Assembly: GCA_965116905.1 (NCBI GenBank)
Contig: OZ220732.1
Coordinates: 448,001-512,000, forward strand
Origin: Longimicrobiales bacterium
Lineage (GTDB): Bacteria > Gemmatimonadota > Gemmatimonadetes > Longimicrobiales > Gaopeijiaceae
Reading direction: 5' to 3'
DNA length: 64,000 nt
The translations under genes and the position numbers were made by a program. This document shows positions 28,173 through 37,497 of this stretch, piece by piece (within the stretch, counting starts at the first letter, position 1; each line of letters opens with the position of its first letter). Under the pieces are notes generated by a model. The model was given only the letters and a program-made list of their open reading frames with translations. It made no database searches and was not told the DNA's origin.

Positions 28173-28299
28173 GGGCCCTCCTTTCTGATGCGGGGACACA
28201 CTGGTGGCGTGCCTCCCTGGAATACCTCAACTGCCATCATGGGGCGCGCCTCGGCCAGGCGCAAGCAGGAATCGCGGCCGTGGGACGGGCCAGGAGCCC

Positions 28300-29115
28300 T
28301 CAGCGGCGGGACCGCGGGGCCACCGAACAGTCGGTAAGGGTGCTGCACGTCACCGTGAGGCGCGTCCTGTCCGCCTCGGGCACCGACAGGATCGAGACCG
28401 CCGCGACCGCCTCCCGCACGTCGACCTCGAGCGGAGGGCGGAACGTGATGTGCACGCGCCAACCCCGTCGGCCACCCGCTTCGTAGCTCTCCAGCTCGGC
28501 ATCGCCGATCCACGGCACGGCGAGCAGCTCGCGGCGCAGCACCGAGACATCGGCCTGGGTGCGCGGCCCGGTCCCGAGCCCCAGGGTCAGCGTCTCGTCC
28601 GAGAAGGGGTAGTTCTCGCGCCAGCGGTTCAAGGCTTCGTTCACCTCGCGCCATCCCGCCCCCGATTCGAGCAGGTGGCGCGCGTAGTCGTGCAGGAGGA
28701 ATTCGTTGTGCTTGACGTCGGCCCGCAGCGCGTCCTCGAAGTGTGTCACGAAGCCCGGCTGGTCCCCCTGCATGATCGACTGCACGCCCTTGAGGAAATC
28801 CGTGTCCGGGTCTTCCGGATTGACTTCGGAGAGGACTTCGGTCATCTCCGCCCACTCCTCGCTGTCCCAGTCGACGGGATCGCCGGTGCGGGCCAGGTAG
28901 AGCTCGCGCAACCCCACGACCGTCCCCACGCCGTAAATGACGAACAGGATCCGGTACCCCTGGAATACGGCGCGTACACGGGCCAGGGCGGACGGCCGAG
29001 GGGTGGCGCCGCGCGGGCGTGCCGACCTGGCGGGTTGTCCGCGCGCCGCTCCCGCACGCCCCCGTGATCCGCGAGCGCGCGGGCGTGCCGACCTGGCGGG
29101 CTTCCTCCGGGCCAT
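28300..29115 (-). CDS. Hypothetical membrane-anchored protein with TPR-like helices
   Basis: Arg-rich N-terminus with a duplicated 24-bp unit, one TM helix, helical-repeat-like segment. Lies 3 bp downstream of the membrane-protein gene. Confidence 0.6.
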   Translation of the reverse strand: MARRKPARSARPRARGSRGRAGAARGQPARSARPRGATPRPSALARVRAVFQGYRILFVIYGVGTVVGLRELYLARTGDPVDWDSEEWAEMTEVLSEVNPEDPDTDFLKGVQSIMQGDQPGFVTHFEDALRADVKHNEFLLHDYARHLLESGAGWREVNEALNRWRENYPFSDETLTLGLGTGPRTQADVSVLRRELLAVPWIGDAELESYEAGGRRGWRVHITFRPPLEVDVREAVAAVSILSVPEADRTRLTVTCSTLTDCSVAPRSRR

Positions 29116-29118
29116 TCG

Positions 29119-30201
29119 CTACAACCCTCCCTGCACCTGCTTGTCGCGCACCTTCCAGATGAAGGAGTCGACATAGTAGTGCAGGAGCGCGTAGGCGTAC
29201 AGCATCATCTGCGACCACAGCTCGTAGCCCCCGGCGTAGTCGAGCGCCGGAATGTTGAACTGCGGAATCGCAGGATACGGGGCGAAGTTGACGACCCCGA
29301 AGCCGAACTCGTCCAGGGGACGGTTGATCAGCAGCTGGAAAGCGACCGCATAGGCGCCGCCCAGGACCAGGAACCACCGCAGCCGTCCCGTACCGACCAG
29401 GCGGCTCCAGAATCCGGGCCGCGAGGCGCCGGTGGCCTGGGACCGCTGCATGAAGGCGTACACCATCACGATGTACTGCACCCCGTGCATGACCCGGTGG
29501 GCCACCGCGTACAGGAGGATCGAGTTGGTGTGCCACGCCACGAAGTACCAGAGGAAGTAGCTCGCCCCGATAAACCCGTACTTGACGGGGTTGATGGGCT
29601 GCCCGGCAGCGACGGTTTTGCGCAGGTGCAGCAGGTAGAGGACGACGTAGCCGAAGGTGACGATCCAGCTGAGCGTCAGGAGCGTGTCCACGAACCCCAC
29701 GGAAAGGGGGATCTGCATCCGGTGCAGTTCGCGGATCCACAGGCCCCGGAACATGGGCGCCTGCAGGAACATGTTCCCGTAAAGGATCCAGTGGAGCGCG
29801 AGGTCGTACTTGCGGGTGCTCTCCAGTCCCGTCCGCGCCTTGAAGTCGTAGACGCGGCTGAATCCGTGCTGCTGCATGATGCTGTGCTGGTGGTCCCACG
29901 CCGACACCAGCAGAAGCAGCGTAATGGGCGCCCAGATCAGGCCCGCCGCGGTCAGGGAGAAGATGGCGATCGGGCCCACGATCAGCCGCGCCTTGAAGCG
30001 CTGCCACACCTCGGGCATGCCGTAGCTGCGCACCCAGGTGGCGTAGTGATGGGGCGTCGTCACCCACAGGTTGATCGACGCGACCGCCACGTACGGAAGC
30101 CACGCCTGGAAGCCGAGCGCGAGCGCGACCGCCGCGAATGGCAGCCCCAGAAACCACACCGCGTCGGCACGGGGACTCAGGATATAGCCCGTCCTGAACA
30201 T
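29119..30201 (-). CDS. Polytopic membrane protein with histidine motifs (putative metalloenzyme)
   Basis: About 8 TM helices, PHHYATW, WDHQHSIMQQHGF, HRVMHGVQY, LHYYVDSFIW. Confidence 0.7.
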   Translation of the reverse strand: MFRTGYILSPRADAVWFLGLPFAAVALALGFQAWLPYVAVASINLWVTTPHHYATWVRSYGMPEVWQRFKARLIVGPIAIFSLTAAGLIWAPITLLLLVSAWDHQHSIMQQHGFSRVYDFKARTGLESTRKYDLALHWILYGNMFLQAPMFRGLWIRELHRMQIPLSVGFVDTLLTLSWIVTFGYVVLYLLHLRKTVAAGQPINPVKYGFIGASYFLWYFVAWHTNSILLYAVAHRVMHGVQYIVMVYAFMQRSQATGASRPGFWSRLVGTGRLRWFLVLGGAYAVAFQLLINRPLDEFGFGVVNFAPYPAIPQFNIPALDYAGGYELWSQMMLYAYALLHYYVDSFIWKVRDKQVQGGL

Positions 30202-30283
30202 GCGTTGACGGTATGCGCGGACGGGGTGGGGAGCAATGCGCGATGCGGCGCCTGGGGGCTGCCGGACCTATGCGCGCCTGAGC

Positions 30284-31441
30284 CTAGAGGGGCTCGATCT
30301 CGGCGAGAATGTCCCGGCCCGCCACGGCGCGGACTCCCGCCGCCATCGGATAGGTGTCGCGTCCGACATGAACGATGTCGAGGCTGGTCAGGCCGAGGAA
30401 CTCCATGGCCGACCGCATCGACCGTGTGACTCGCGGGGCGTCGGTCCGCTTGAACTCGTAGCCGCGTCGCTGCCGTCCCCGCACGACAAGCAGGTCCAGT
30501 TCCGCACCGCCGTGCACCGACCAGAAATGGCACTCTTCGGGGCGCGCCTTCAACTGCCGCACGACCTGCTCCAGAGCGAAGCCCTCCCAGCTCGCTCCGA
30601 CTTTCGGATGTCTTCGAAGGTCCTGCGCTGTCTCCAGGCCCAGGAGCGCGTGCAGCAATCCCGTGTCCGCTATGTAGACCTTGCTGGACTTGACGATGCG
30701 CTTCCCGGGATTCTCCCGCCACGGGCGCAGTTGGCGAACGACGTATGCCCCGGTCATGATGTCCAGGTACCGGCGCACCGTGGTTTGTGCCAGCCCGAAG
30801 GCACGCGCCAACTCGGACCCGTTCCATGTCTGGCCATGGTAGTGGGCCAGCATCGTCCAGAAGTCGTGCAGGAGCCTGGACGGCAGGGTGATCCCGAGGC
30901 CGGGCAGGTCCCGTTCGACGAACGATCGAATGAAATCGCGCCGCCACTCATGGCTCGCCGCTTCGTCCGGAGCGAGCCAGGAGCGGGGAAAGCCCCCCCG
31001 AAGCCATAGCCTGTCCCATCTGTCGGACCCGACTTCGGCCAGGTCGAAGCCTCCCAGTTCGTGATATCCCAGTCGGCCGGCCAGGGACTCCGATCCCTGC
31101 CGCAGCAGCGCCGGCGACGCGCTGCCGAGGACGAGGAACCGAGCCGGCAGCGGTGTGCGGTCGGCGAGCACCCTCAGTACCGGAAAGAGGTCGGGCCGGT
31201 GTTGCACCTCATCGATGACCACAAGACCCCGGAGGGGATCGAGGGTGAGTGTCGGCTCATCGAGGCGTGCGAGGTCCCGCGGGTCCTCCAGGTCGAAGTG
31301 AGCTGCGGCACCCATTTCGGTGGCCAGCGCCCGTGCAAGCGTGGTCTTCCCCACTTGTCGAGCACCGAGGAGCGCGACGACGGGGTTGTTGCCCAGCTTT
31401 CGGCGCAATTCGGCCAAATGGGAGGGTCGGGATATCAACAT
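30284..31441 (-). CDS. AAA+ ATPase with DUF4143 (AAA_14 + winged helix + PD-(D/E)xK-like C-terminus)
   Basis: GARQVGKTT, VVIDEVQ, LGSAS, SESLAGR, RGGFP, KVYIADTG, ELDLL...GYEFK. Confidence 0.92.
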   Translation of the reverse strand: MLISRPSHLAELRRKLGNNPVVALLGARQVGKTTLARALATEMGAAAHFDLEDPRDLARLDEPTLTLDPLRGLVVIDEVQHRPDLFPVLRVLADRTPLPARFLVLGSASPALLRQGSESLAGRLGYHELGGFDLAEVGSDRWDRLWLRGGFPRSWLAPDEAASHEWRRDFIRSFVERDLPGLGITLPSRLLHDFWTMLAHYHGQTWNGSELARAFGLAQTTVRRYLDIMTGAYVVRQLRPWRENPGKRIVKSSKVYIADTGLLHALLGLETAQDLRRHPKVGASWEGFALEQVVRQLKARPEECHFWSVHGGAELDLLVVRGRQRRGYEFKRTDAPRVTRSMRSAMEFLGLTSLDIVHVGRDTYPMAAGVRAVAGRDILAEIEPL

Positions 31442-31444
31442 GTA

Positions 31445-31475
31445 TGAAAAATGAGTATTAAACACTCATATTTCA
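31445..31475. promoter_or_regulatory. Palindromic operator-like site at the start of the AAA-DUF4143 gene
   Basis: TGAAAAATGAGT-N7-ACTCATATTTCA (11/12 inverted repeat), very AT-rich. Confidence 0.6.
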
Positions 31476-31579
31476 AGGACTTGCCCACCGACCACGGAAG
31501 CGGCAGACTCCGATGGACCCTGCGGGCGCCTGCCGGCGGTGTCCCAGGCAAACACGAACCAGGATTCCGGAGCCCCCCC

Positions 31580-31972
31580 ATGCTCTTCGCAGCTCACTCG
31601 GGCCTGCGCTACCTCGTGCTGGTGGCTGGCCTCTTCGTCGTACTCTACGCGCTCGTCGGGTTCTTCGGAAAACGCGAGTACTCGGCCGCAATGGCCAGAT
31701 TGGCCACGGTCTTCACCGGACTGCTGCACCTGCAGATACTGACGGGCGTGGCCACGCTCTTTTCACGACCGTTCTACACGCAGATGATCGGTCACTTCTT
31801 CCTGATGCTCCTGGCAGCGGGCGTGGCACAGTTCACCACCAGCGTGACGAAGCGCCGCCCGCCCGAGCAGAGGAGCTACGGACCCCACCTTGTGGGGGGG
31901 CTTGCGGCGCTGGCCCTCGTGGCCGCGGGCGTCATGGCGATCGGCCGGGGGTTGCTGCAGAGCACGATGTAG
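31580..31972 (+). CDS. Small four-TM membrane protein with several histidines
   Basis: MLFAAHSGLRYLVL, LHLQILTG, GHFFLMLLA. Confidence 0.7.
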   Translation: MLFAAHSGLRYLVLVAGLFVVLYALVGFFGKREYSAAMARLATVFTGLLHLQILTGVATLFSRPFYTQMIGHFFLMLLAAGVAQFTTSVTKRRPPEQRSYGPHLVGGLAALALVAAGVMAIGRGLLQSTM

Positions 31973-31974
31973 AA

Positions 31975-32001
31975 GAGGGCCCCCCGCGAAGGAGGGGCTC
32001 C
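31975..32001. terminator. GC hairpin, terminator/REP-like, copy 1
   Basis: gagggccccccgcgaaggaggggctcc between convergent genes. Confidence 0.6.
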
Positions 32002-32048
32002 GGCCGGCTCGGGCAACGCCGCGGAGAGGAAGGGCGATCCGCCTGACG

Positions 32049-32411
32049 CTAACGCAGGGTGACGACAATCGCCCCGTTGAAGAAGCCCGTTCCAAAGCGT
32101 GTCGTGGCATCCGCCGGGGTCATGAAGGTGACCCGTGCGATCGACCGGATCGGAATCTGGACAAGCCGATCCCGATCGCTGCGCTGACCGTTGACGACCA
32201 CCGTAGCGGATCCGTTGCGCGCCCGGAGCCACTGTGGGCGCAGGAGCAGGAGGGCATCCATCGCGTGAGTGGCGGAAGTCGCCTCCAGTTCGGCCGGTGT
32301 GATGTCGCCCCTGCTTCTCGGACCGGGTGTACCCTCGCCTGTCGAAGCGCACGCGTAGCTCGTCAAGGCCACCATGGCCGCAAGCGCAAGCCACGCGGCG
32401 TTCTGCTTCAT
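32049..32411 (-). CDS. Lipoprotein consisting of a stand-alone TonB-receptor plug-like domain (paralog of 22847-23242)
   Basis: SD ggag, lipobox-like SYAC, RSRGDITPAEL, LRPQWLRAR, VVVNG, DATTRFGTG..NGAIVVT. Confidence 0.75.
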   Translation of the reverse strand: MKQNAAWLALAAMVALTSYACASTGEGTPGPRSRGDITPAELEATSATHAMDALLLLRPQWLRARNGSATVVVNGQRSDRDRLVQIPIRSIARVTFMTPADATTRFGTGFFNGAIVVTLR

Positions 32412-32500
32412 CCGTCTCCGTCTTCTGTTCAATCCCCGTTCTCTCCTGGTGCCGCGCTGGCAGCGATCATGAGTGGTTGGACAATTCGAGGGGGACACAA

Positions 32501-32530
32501 GGAGGGCCCCCCGCGAAGGAGGGGCCCTCC
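32501..32530. terminator. GC hairpin, terminator/REP-like, copy 2, downstream of susD
   Basis: ggagggccccccgcgaaggaggggccctcc, 24 nt identical to copy 1. Confidence 0.65.
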
Positions 32531-32560
32531 ATGTCCCGGAAACCGGCTAGCGCGTCAGCG

Positions 32561-33859
32561 TCAGCCCGTGGGCCCGTTGATATTCGGGTTCGTGTCGACT
32601 TCACCGCGCGCGATGGGGAAGCACAGGTCCTGCTGGACCAGGTGCGAGCCCTCGTTCTGGCTCCCTGACGGCTGCTCCAGCGAATGCAAATCGCCGGGCG
32701 TGTTGTCGCGGTTCCAGCGGAAGAAGTCGCCGAGGCGGCGTCCCTCCAGCCACAGAACCACGCCGCGCTCGAACTTGAGCGCCGTCCACGCTTCGGCGGT
32801 GTTGGTCGCCATCGCCGGCTCCACGCCTGCGGCCATGCGCAGGGCGTTGATCTTGCCCATGGCGCCTTCCCAGTCACCGTTTACCAGCATGCCCTCGGCC
32901 TCGATCAGGCGCATTTCGGTGCCTTTTGAGAGCGGGATGTCCGTTCCCGAATCCGCGTACTTCGTCTGCGGCCACCAGGGCACCTGGCCACAGCACTGGA
33001 CCGCGGCGTCGCCAGTCTCGTCGGTCACCCGGTACGGGACGCGCGGGTCACCGTCCGGGTTGTTCTCGCTCATGCTGTAGTCCTCGTACTTCGTGTATCT
33101 CTGGGTGTGAGCCTTGTACGGCTCCGCCTGGCTTGCGAACTGGATCCGGTTGCGGGTCGCGTTGCCCTCGGTGGCGAAGTACGGCATGTGGAAGACGAAG
33201 TTGTCGGGCACGCCGGCCGCGTCGGCCATTGCCCCGGACCAGTCGCCCATGAACGCCTTGACGGCCGCCCGCCCCGCAACCGCCGCCATCGCCACGTCGC
33301 CCGATCCAAGCGAGGCCGCCTGGTCGAAGCGGGCGATCGCGCGGTCGTAGTACACGCTGCGCGCGCCCGCACCCCCGCCGTCGATCACCGAGACGCAGAA
33401 GTTCTCGCCGAGAAGGCGGTGCGCGTACCCGGTCCACAGGTACGCCTCGGCCAGAGTCGCCTGGTCCTCGGCGCCCGTCTCCATGATCTTGGCGATCCCG
33501 TCGTCACCCCACCAGCGGGCGCGCTGGGAGAGGTTCCAGTGGGTGCCGACCGTCTCGTAGTCGAGTTCCCCGTTTTGCCATTCGACGGTGATCCCGAAGC
33601 TTCCCGTCGAGCCCGACGGATGGATCTCGCGCGTGACCGCCGCCCCGGTGTAGCCGACATAGTTCTGGGCTTCCGCGGCGGCACGGCCGATCCCGCTTAC
33701 GATCGCTTCCTGGGCTTCCGTCTCGAAAAGGAAGACCTCCTGAACGCGGCCCGGGTTGACGACCGTGGTATCACAGGCCGCCAGCAGCCCGAGCAACGCG
33801 GCGGAGAGGAGAGCACCCCGTCGCATGCCGCATGACGTATTCATCGAAATGTATTTCAT
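32561..33859 (-). CDS. susD: RagB/SusD-family outer-membrane lipoprotein
   Basis: Lipobox LAAC, EMRLIEAE, ERGVVLWLEGRRLGD, CFPIARGEVDTNPN. Follows SusC. Confidence 0.88.
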   Translation of the reverse strand: MKYISMNTSCGMRRGALLSAALLGLLAACDTTVVNPGRVQEVFLFETEAQEAIVSGIGRAAAEAQNYVGYTGAAVTREIHPSGSTGSFGITVEWQNGELDYETVGTHWNLSQRARWWGDDGIAKIMETGAEDQATLAEAYLWTGYAHRLLGENFCVSVIDGGGAGARSVYYDRAIARFDQAASLGSGDVAMAAVAGRAAVKAFMGDWSGAMADAAGVPDNFVFHMPYFATEGNATRNRIQFASQAEPYKAHTQRYTKYEDYSMSENNPDGDPRVPYRVTDETGDAAVQCCGQVPWWPQTKYADSGTDIPLSKGTEMRLIEAEGMLVNGDWEGAMGKINALRMAAGVEPAMATNTAEAWTALKFERGVVLWLEGRRLGDFFRWNRDNTPGDLHSLEQPSGSQNEGSHLVQQDLCFPIARGEVDTNPNINGPTG

Positions 33860-33875
33860 TCGTCTCTCCCCTCCT

Positions 33876-36800
33876 CTAGAAGACGAGCTGCATGGAGAAC
33901 GTGTAGAACGCCGGCGGCGGAACGTGCTCGGTCATGCTGCGCACCCGCGTGTTGTAGCCGACGTTGCCGCCGACCTCCGGATCCAGCGTCCGCATGAGCG
34001 GATCCACCCACCGGAAGAAGTTCCGGCCCGACAGCGTGACCGTGGCGCGAGACGCCCCGACCATGCTGGCCCACGCGTCCGGCAACGGCGCCTGCGCGCT
34101 GATCTCGCGGATCTTGAAGAAGTCCGCGGGCTGCACGGCGAAGTCCGACTGGTAGAACTTCAGGTCGCAACGCGCGCGCTCCTCGGCGGTCAGGGCCGCG
34201 TACCCCTGGGTCTCCCAGGTATTGTAGGCCTCGAAGCATCCGGCCCACCGCACCGACCGGCGCGTGGCCGCGGCCTGCGGCCCGTTGTACATGAAGGCCC
34301 CGCCCTGGTACTCGGCCCGCGCGGTCAGCACGATTCCCGCGGGAAGCCCGAAGGTCGTGCCGAAGCCCGCGATGGTCGTCGCCTGGTTGGGTCCGTGGAC
34401 GCACTGCTCATCGGTGCGGTCCAGGATGATCGGGTCGGCGCGTTCATCAGGATTGGTCACGCAGTCGGACCGGATGACCGGGGCCGGATAGCCCTCCGTC
34501 ACCCAGCCGAAGCCGCCGATCGAGAACTCTGGCGATCCACCCAGCGAAATGATCTCGGAGTCGGTCTTGGAAAGGGTGCCGTTGATGTCCCAGGTCCAGG
34601 TGTCATTCCGGATGATGCTGTAGTTCAAGCCGAGCTCGAGGCCGTTGTTGACGAGTTCGCCGACGTTGGAAAGCTGGGAACTCGTAAAGCCCAGCGACGG
34701 AACCTGGCGCACGCTGAAGAGCGCGTCCTGGGTCGTCTGGGCGAAGTAGGTGAAGTCGAGGCCGAGCCTGTCGTCGACGAACGAACCCTCGAAACCAAGC
34801 TCGAGCTCGGAGGTCGTCTCGGGACCGATCGTCGCGTTGCCCACATTGCTGGGCAGGAAGGCCGGCACCCCGCCCCAACCGGCGGCGGCGAAGGTTCGGA
34901 CCGCGTCGAAGGCGCCCGGCGCGCGTCCCGCCTGACCCCAGGCGGCCCGCAACTTCATGCTCCCCCAGCCGGCGTCCCAGAAGTCCTCGTCCGAGATCAC
35001 GTAGGAACCCGAGACTTTCGGGTACGCCTGGAGCCCGAAATCGGCACCGAAGGCCGAGTTGCCGTCGACCCGGAGGCCGACCGTGATGAAGTACTTGTTG
35101 GAGATGTCGAAGACGTTCTGCACGAACAGGCCGGCGTTCACGATCCGGGTGCGGTCCTCGAAGCCCAGGGTGTTCCCGGCGTTGTCCACGTCGGGATCAC
35201 CGGGGCCGGGGAAGTTGTCCCCGTATGCCGTCGTCCGCTCGCTCCGCGTCGTGACGCTCTGCCCACCGAAGGACAGGGCCGACCGGATTCCCATGGGAAG
35301 GCTGAAGTCCAAAGAGCCCACGTAGTCCGCCGTAAGCGTGTTGAACTCGAAGCGCGACGTGGCGAGGATCCCCGTGGGCGCCCGGATGAAGCCGAAGGGC
35401 CGCAGGTTGCGGTTGTCCTGCTGGGCCAGGTCGTACCCGACGCTGAAGCGGTTGCTGAAGTTCGCCAGCGGCGAATACGTGGCCGTCAGCCCCGTGATCA
35501 GGTGATCGATCTGGGTGGTGATCTCCTGGTTCAGGAAGGGGTTGATGGCGTTGAACGACTCGTCGTTGAGGTAGTTCCGGTCGCGCCGGAAGGTGTTCAG
35601 CGTCATCCCGTGCGCGTTGTTCCCGCCCGCGGTGTGCGCCAGCTGGTCGTTCGTGTACGACGTGTTCCACTGGAGCTGCAGGGATTCCATGGGATTGAAC
35701 GTGAAGTTCCCCCGGAGGATGACCTTTTTCTCGTTGTCGTTGGGCAGGACGCCGTCGTCGTTCTCGTAGGACGCCGACACGAAGTACCTCACGGTCTCGG
35801 CGCCGCCGCCGACGTTCAGCGCGTACTTCTGCTGGTGCGCGCCCATGTCGCTGAAGAGCCCGCTGTCGCAGGGCTGGTCCTGCACGACGATCGCGTCGTC
35901 GCACATCGGCTTGTGGCCGCGCAGCCAGGGGTTGATGAAGAGGAAGTCCGACCGGCCGCCCGAAAGCGAGGTCGGGTTCTCTGACGGCGGCCGCAGCGAC
36001 GGATCGGGACCAAAGGTCAGGTTGCGGGACAGGCCCTGTTCGAGCTGACCGGTCCAGGTTGCATCGCCGACGGACCCGCGCCTGGTGAAGATCTGGATCA
36101 CCCCCGCCGAGGCCTCGGTGCCGTACAGCGTCGTCGCGGCCGCGCCCTTGATCACCTCCACCCGCTCGATGTCCTGCGGGTTGATGCTGTTGAGCGGGCT
36201 GGAGACGTCGTTGTTGCTGCGGCCGGAGTACCCGATCGGCGGCACGTTCTTGGCGAACCCCTCGCTTCGGACCCGCACCCCGTCGATGTAGATGAGGGGC
36301 TGGTTGGACTGGGTCATCGAGACGTTGCCACGCAACCGGATCATGGCGCCGCCGCCGGAGCTTGCCGAACTCTGCGTGATCGACATGCCCGGGACGCGCG
36401 CCTGAAGCAGCGCGTCGACGTTGACGGGGGGCCCGACGACCTCCTGCTGCACGTCGAGCTGCGAGATCGAGTTGCCGACCTCACGGCGGCGCGCGGCCCC
36501 CGCTGTCCCGGTCACCACGATCTCGTCGAGACCCAGCGCCTGGGCTGCGATGGCGAAGTCGTGCTGTGTGGTCGCACCCGCGTTGATGGTGATCGTCGCC
36601 TCCGCCGACGCGAACCCGATGCGCTCGGCGCGAATCGTGTACTCGCCTGCCGGCACGTTGAGGATGACGAAGCGGCCGTTGTCACGGGAGAGCGTTCCCA
36701 GTCCGGTGCCATCCAGGTACACCTGGACGGATCCCACCGGCCGGCCGCTCGTCCCGTCGGTGACCGTGCCCGTAACCGCCCCATCCTGCGCCTGCGCGGC

Positions 36801-36896
36801 GCCCGGGACGGCGAGCGCGAGCGCGAGGATGACGACCCCCGCCGCGCCGACTCCGCCCATGCGGGAACGGAGTGCATCGAACAATCGGTTTGTCAT
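33876..36896 (-). CDS. susC: SusC/RagA-family TonB-dependent transporter
   Basis: SD aaggag before ATG 36896, LDEIVVTG, PLIYIDG, DIERVEVIKGAAATTLYG, LDPE, C-terminal Phe. Confidence 0.93.
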   Translation of the reverse strand: MTNRLFDALRSRMGGVGAAGVVILALALAVPGAAQAQDGAVTGTVTDGTSGRPVGSVQVYLDGTGLGTLSRDNGRFVILNVPAGEYTIRAERIGFASAEATITINAGATTQHDFAIAAQALGLDEIVVTGTAGAARRREVGNSISQLDVQQEVVGPPVNVDALLQARVPGMSITQSSASSGGGAMIRLRGNVSMTQSNQPLIYIDGVRVRSEGFAKNVPPIGYSGRSNNDVSSPLNSINPQDIERVEVIKGAAATTLYGTEASAGVIQIFTRRGSVGDATWTGQLEQGLSRNLTFGPDPSLRPPSENPTSLSGGRSDFLFINPWLRGHKPMCDDAIVVQDQPCDSGLFSDMGAHQQKYALNVGGGAETVRYFVSASYENDDGVLPNDNEKKVILRGNFTFNPMESLQLQWNTSYTNDQLAHTAGGNNAHGMTLNTFRRDRNYLNDESFNAINPFLNQEITTQIDHLITGLTATYSPLANFSNRFSVGYDLAQQDNRNLRPFGFIRAPTGILATSRFEFNTLTADYVGSLDFSLPMGIRSALSFGGQSVTTRSERTTAYGDNFPGPGDPDVDNAGNTLGFEDRTRIVNAGLFVQNVFDISNKYFITVGLRVDGNSAFGADFGLQAYPKVSGSYVISDEDFWDAGWGSMKLRAAWGQAGRAPGAFDAVRTFAAAGWGGVPAFLPSNVGNATIGPETTSELELGFEGSFVDDRLGLDFTYFAQTTQDALFSVRQVPSLGFTSSQLSNVGELVNNGLELGLNYSIIRNDTWTWDINGTLSKTDSEIISLGGSPEFSIGGFGWVTEGYPAPVIRSDCVTNPDERADPIILDRTDEQCVHGPNQATTIAGFGTTFGLPAGIVLTARAEYQGGAFMYNGPQAAATRRSVRWAGCFEAYNTWETQGYAALTAEERARCDLKFYQSDFAVQPADFFKIREISAQAPLPDAWASMVGASRATVTLSGRNFFRWVDPLMRTLDPEVGGNVGYNTRVRSMTEHVPPPAFYTFSMQLVF

Positions 36897-37003
36897 GCTT
36901 CTACTCCTTGCCAAACCTGTTTGCAGCCGGCCCGGCACCGGGGCGCTCCCGGTCCGCCCGTCCCGCAGTGCACACCTGCGGAACGATCCGACTGGCGATG
37001 AAC

Positions 37004-37032
37004 ATACTACATGTCAATTTGCGCCGTGCCAA
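37004..37032 (-). promoter_or_regulatory. Candidate sigma70 promoter for the second susCD locus
   Basis: TTGGCA-N17-TAGTAT on the minus strand, about 110 bp upstream of the susC start. Confidence 0.5.
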
Positions 37033-37075
37033 TGGCGGGACGCCGATTGGCCGGAGGCATGGGCCGCCGACGCAA

Positions 37076-37492
37076 TCAGCGGCCCTGAACATTGATGGAA
37101 ACTGTGGCGCTCGCCACCCCCTCGACGGCGTCTTCCACCCGAGCCGTGACCGTGAACAGCCCCGGCATCTCGTAAACGTGCTGCATGGATCCGGACGCGG
37201 TCTGGGCGCCCACCGTGCCAAGGGAGTCCACCGCGCCGTCGCCCCAGGTGAAGATGATGCCGCTCAGGCTGCGGCCGCTGACGTTGTAGAGCACGGACAG
37301 CTGGTCGCCGACCAGCCCCGTTTCGGGCCCGATCAGTTCCACCGACAGGGGCGTCCCGATCTCGTCGTCGGTGATGCAGCCCGCCGCGACGGCAAACAGG
37401 CACGCCAGGAGGGCGAAACACCACCGGCGCGAAGCCGATGCGGCGGACGTGGACGCCGCGAGGGCGCGCGGGCGTGACGCGTTTCCTGTCAT
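37076..37492 (-). CDS. PKD-domain lipoprotein
   Basis: Lipobox AAGC, FTWGDG and HVYEMPGLFTVT PKD signature. Confidence 0.75.
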   Translation of the reverse strand: MTGNASRPRALAASTSAASASRRWCFALLACLFAVAAGCITDDEIGTPLSVELIGPETGLVGDQLSVLYNVSGRSLSGIIFTWGDGAVDSLGTVGAQTASGSMQHVYEMPGLFTVTARVEDAVEGVASATVSINVQGR

Positions 37493-37497
37493 AGTCG

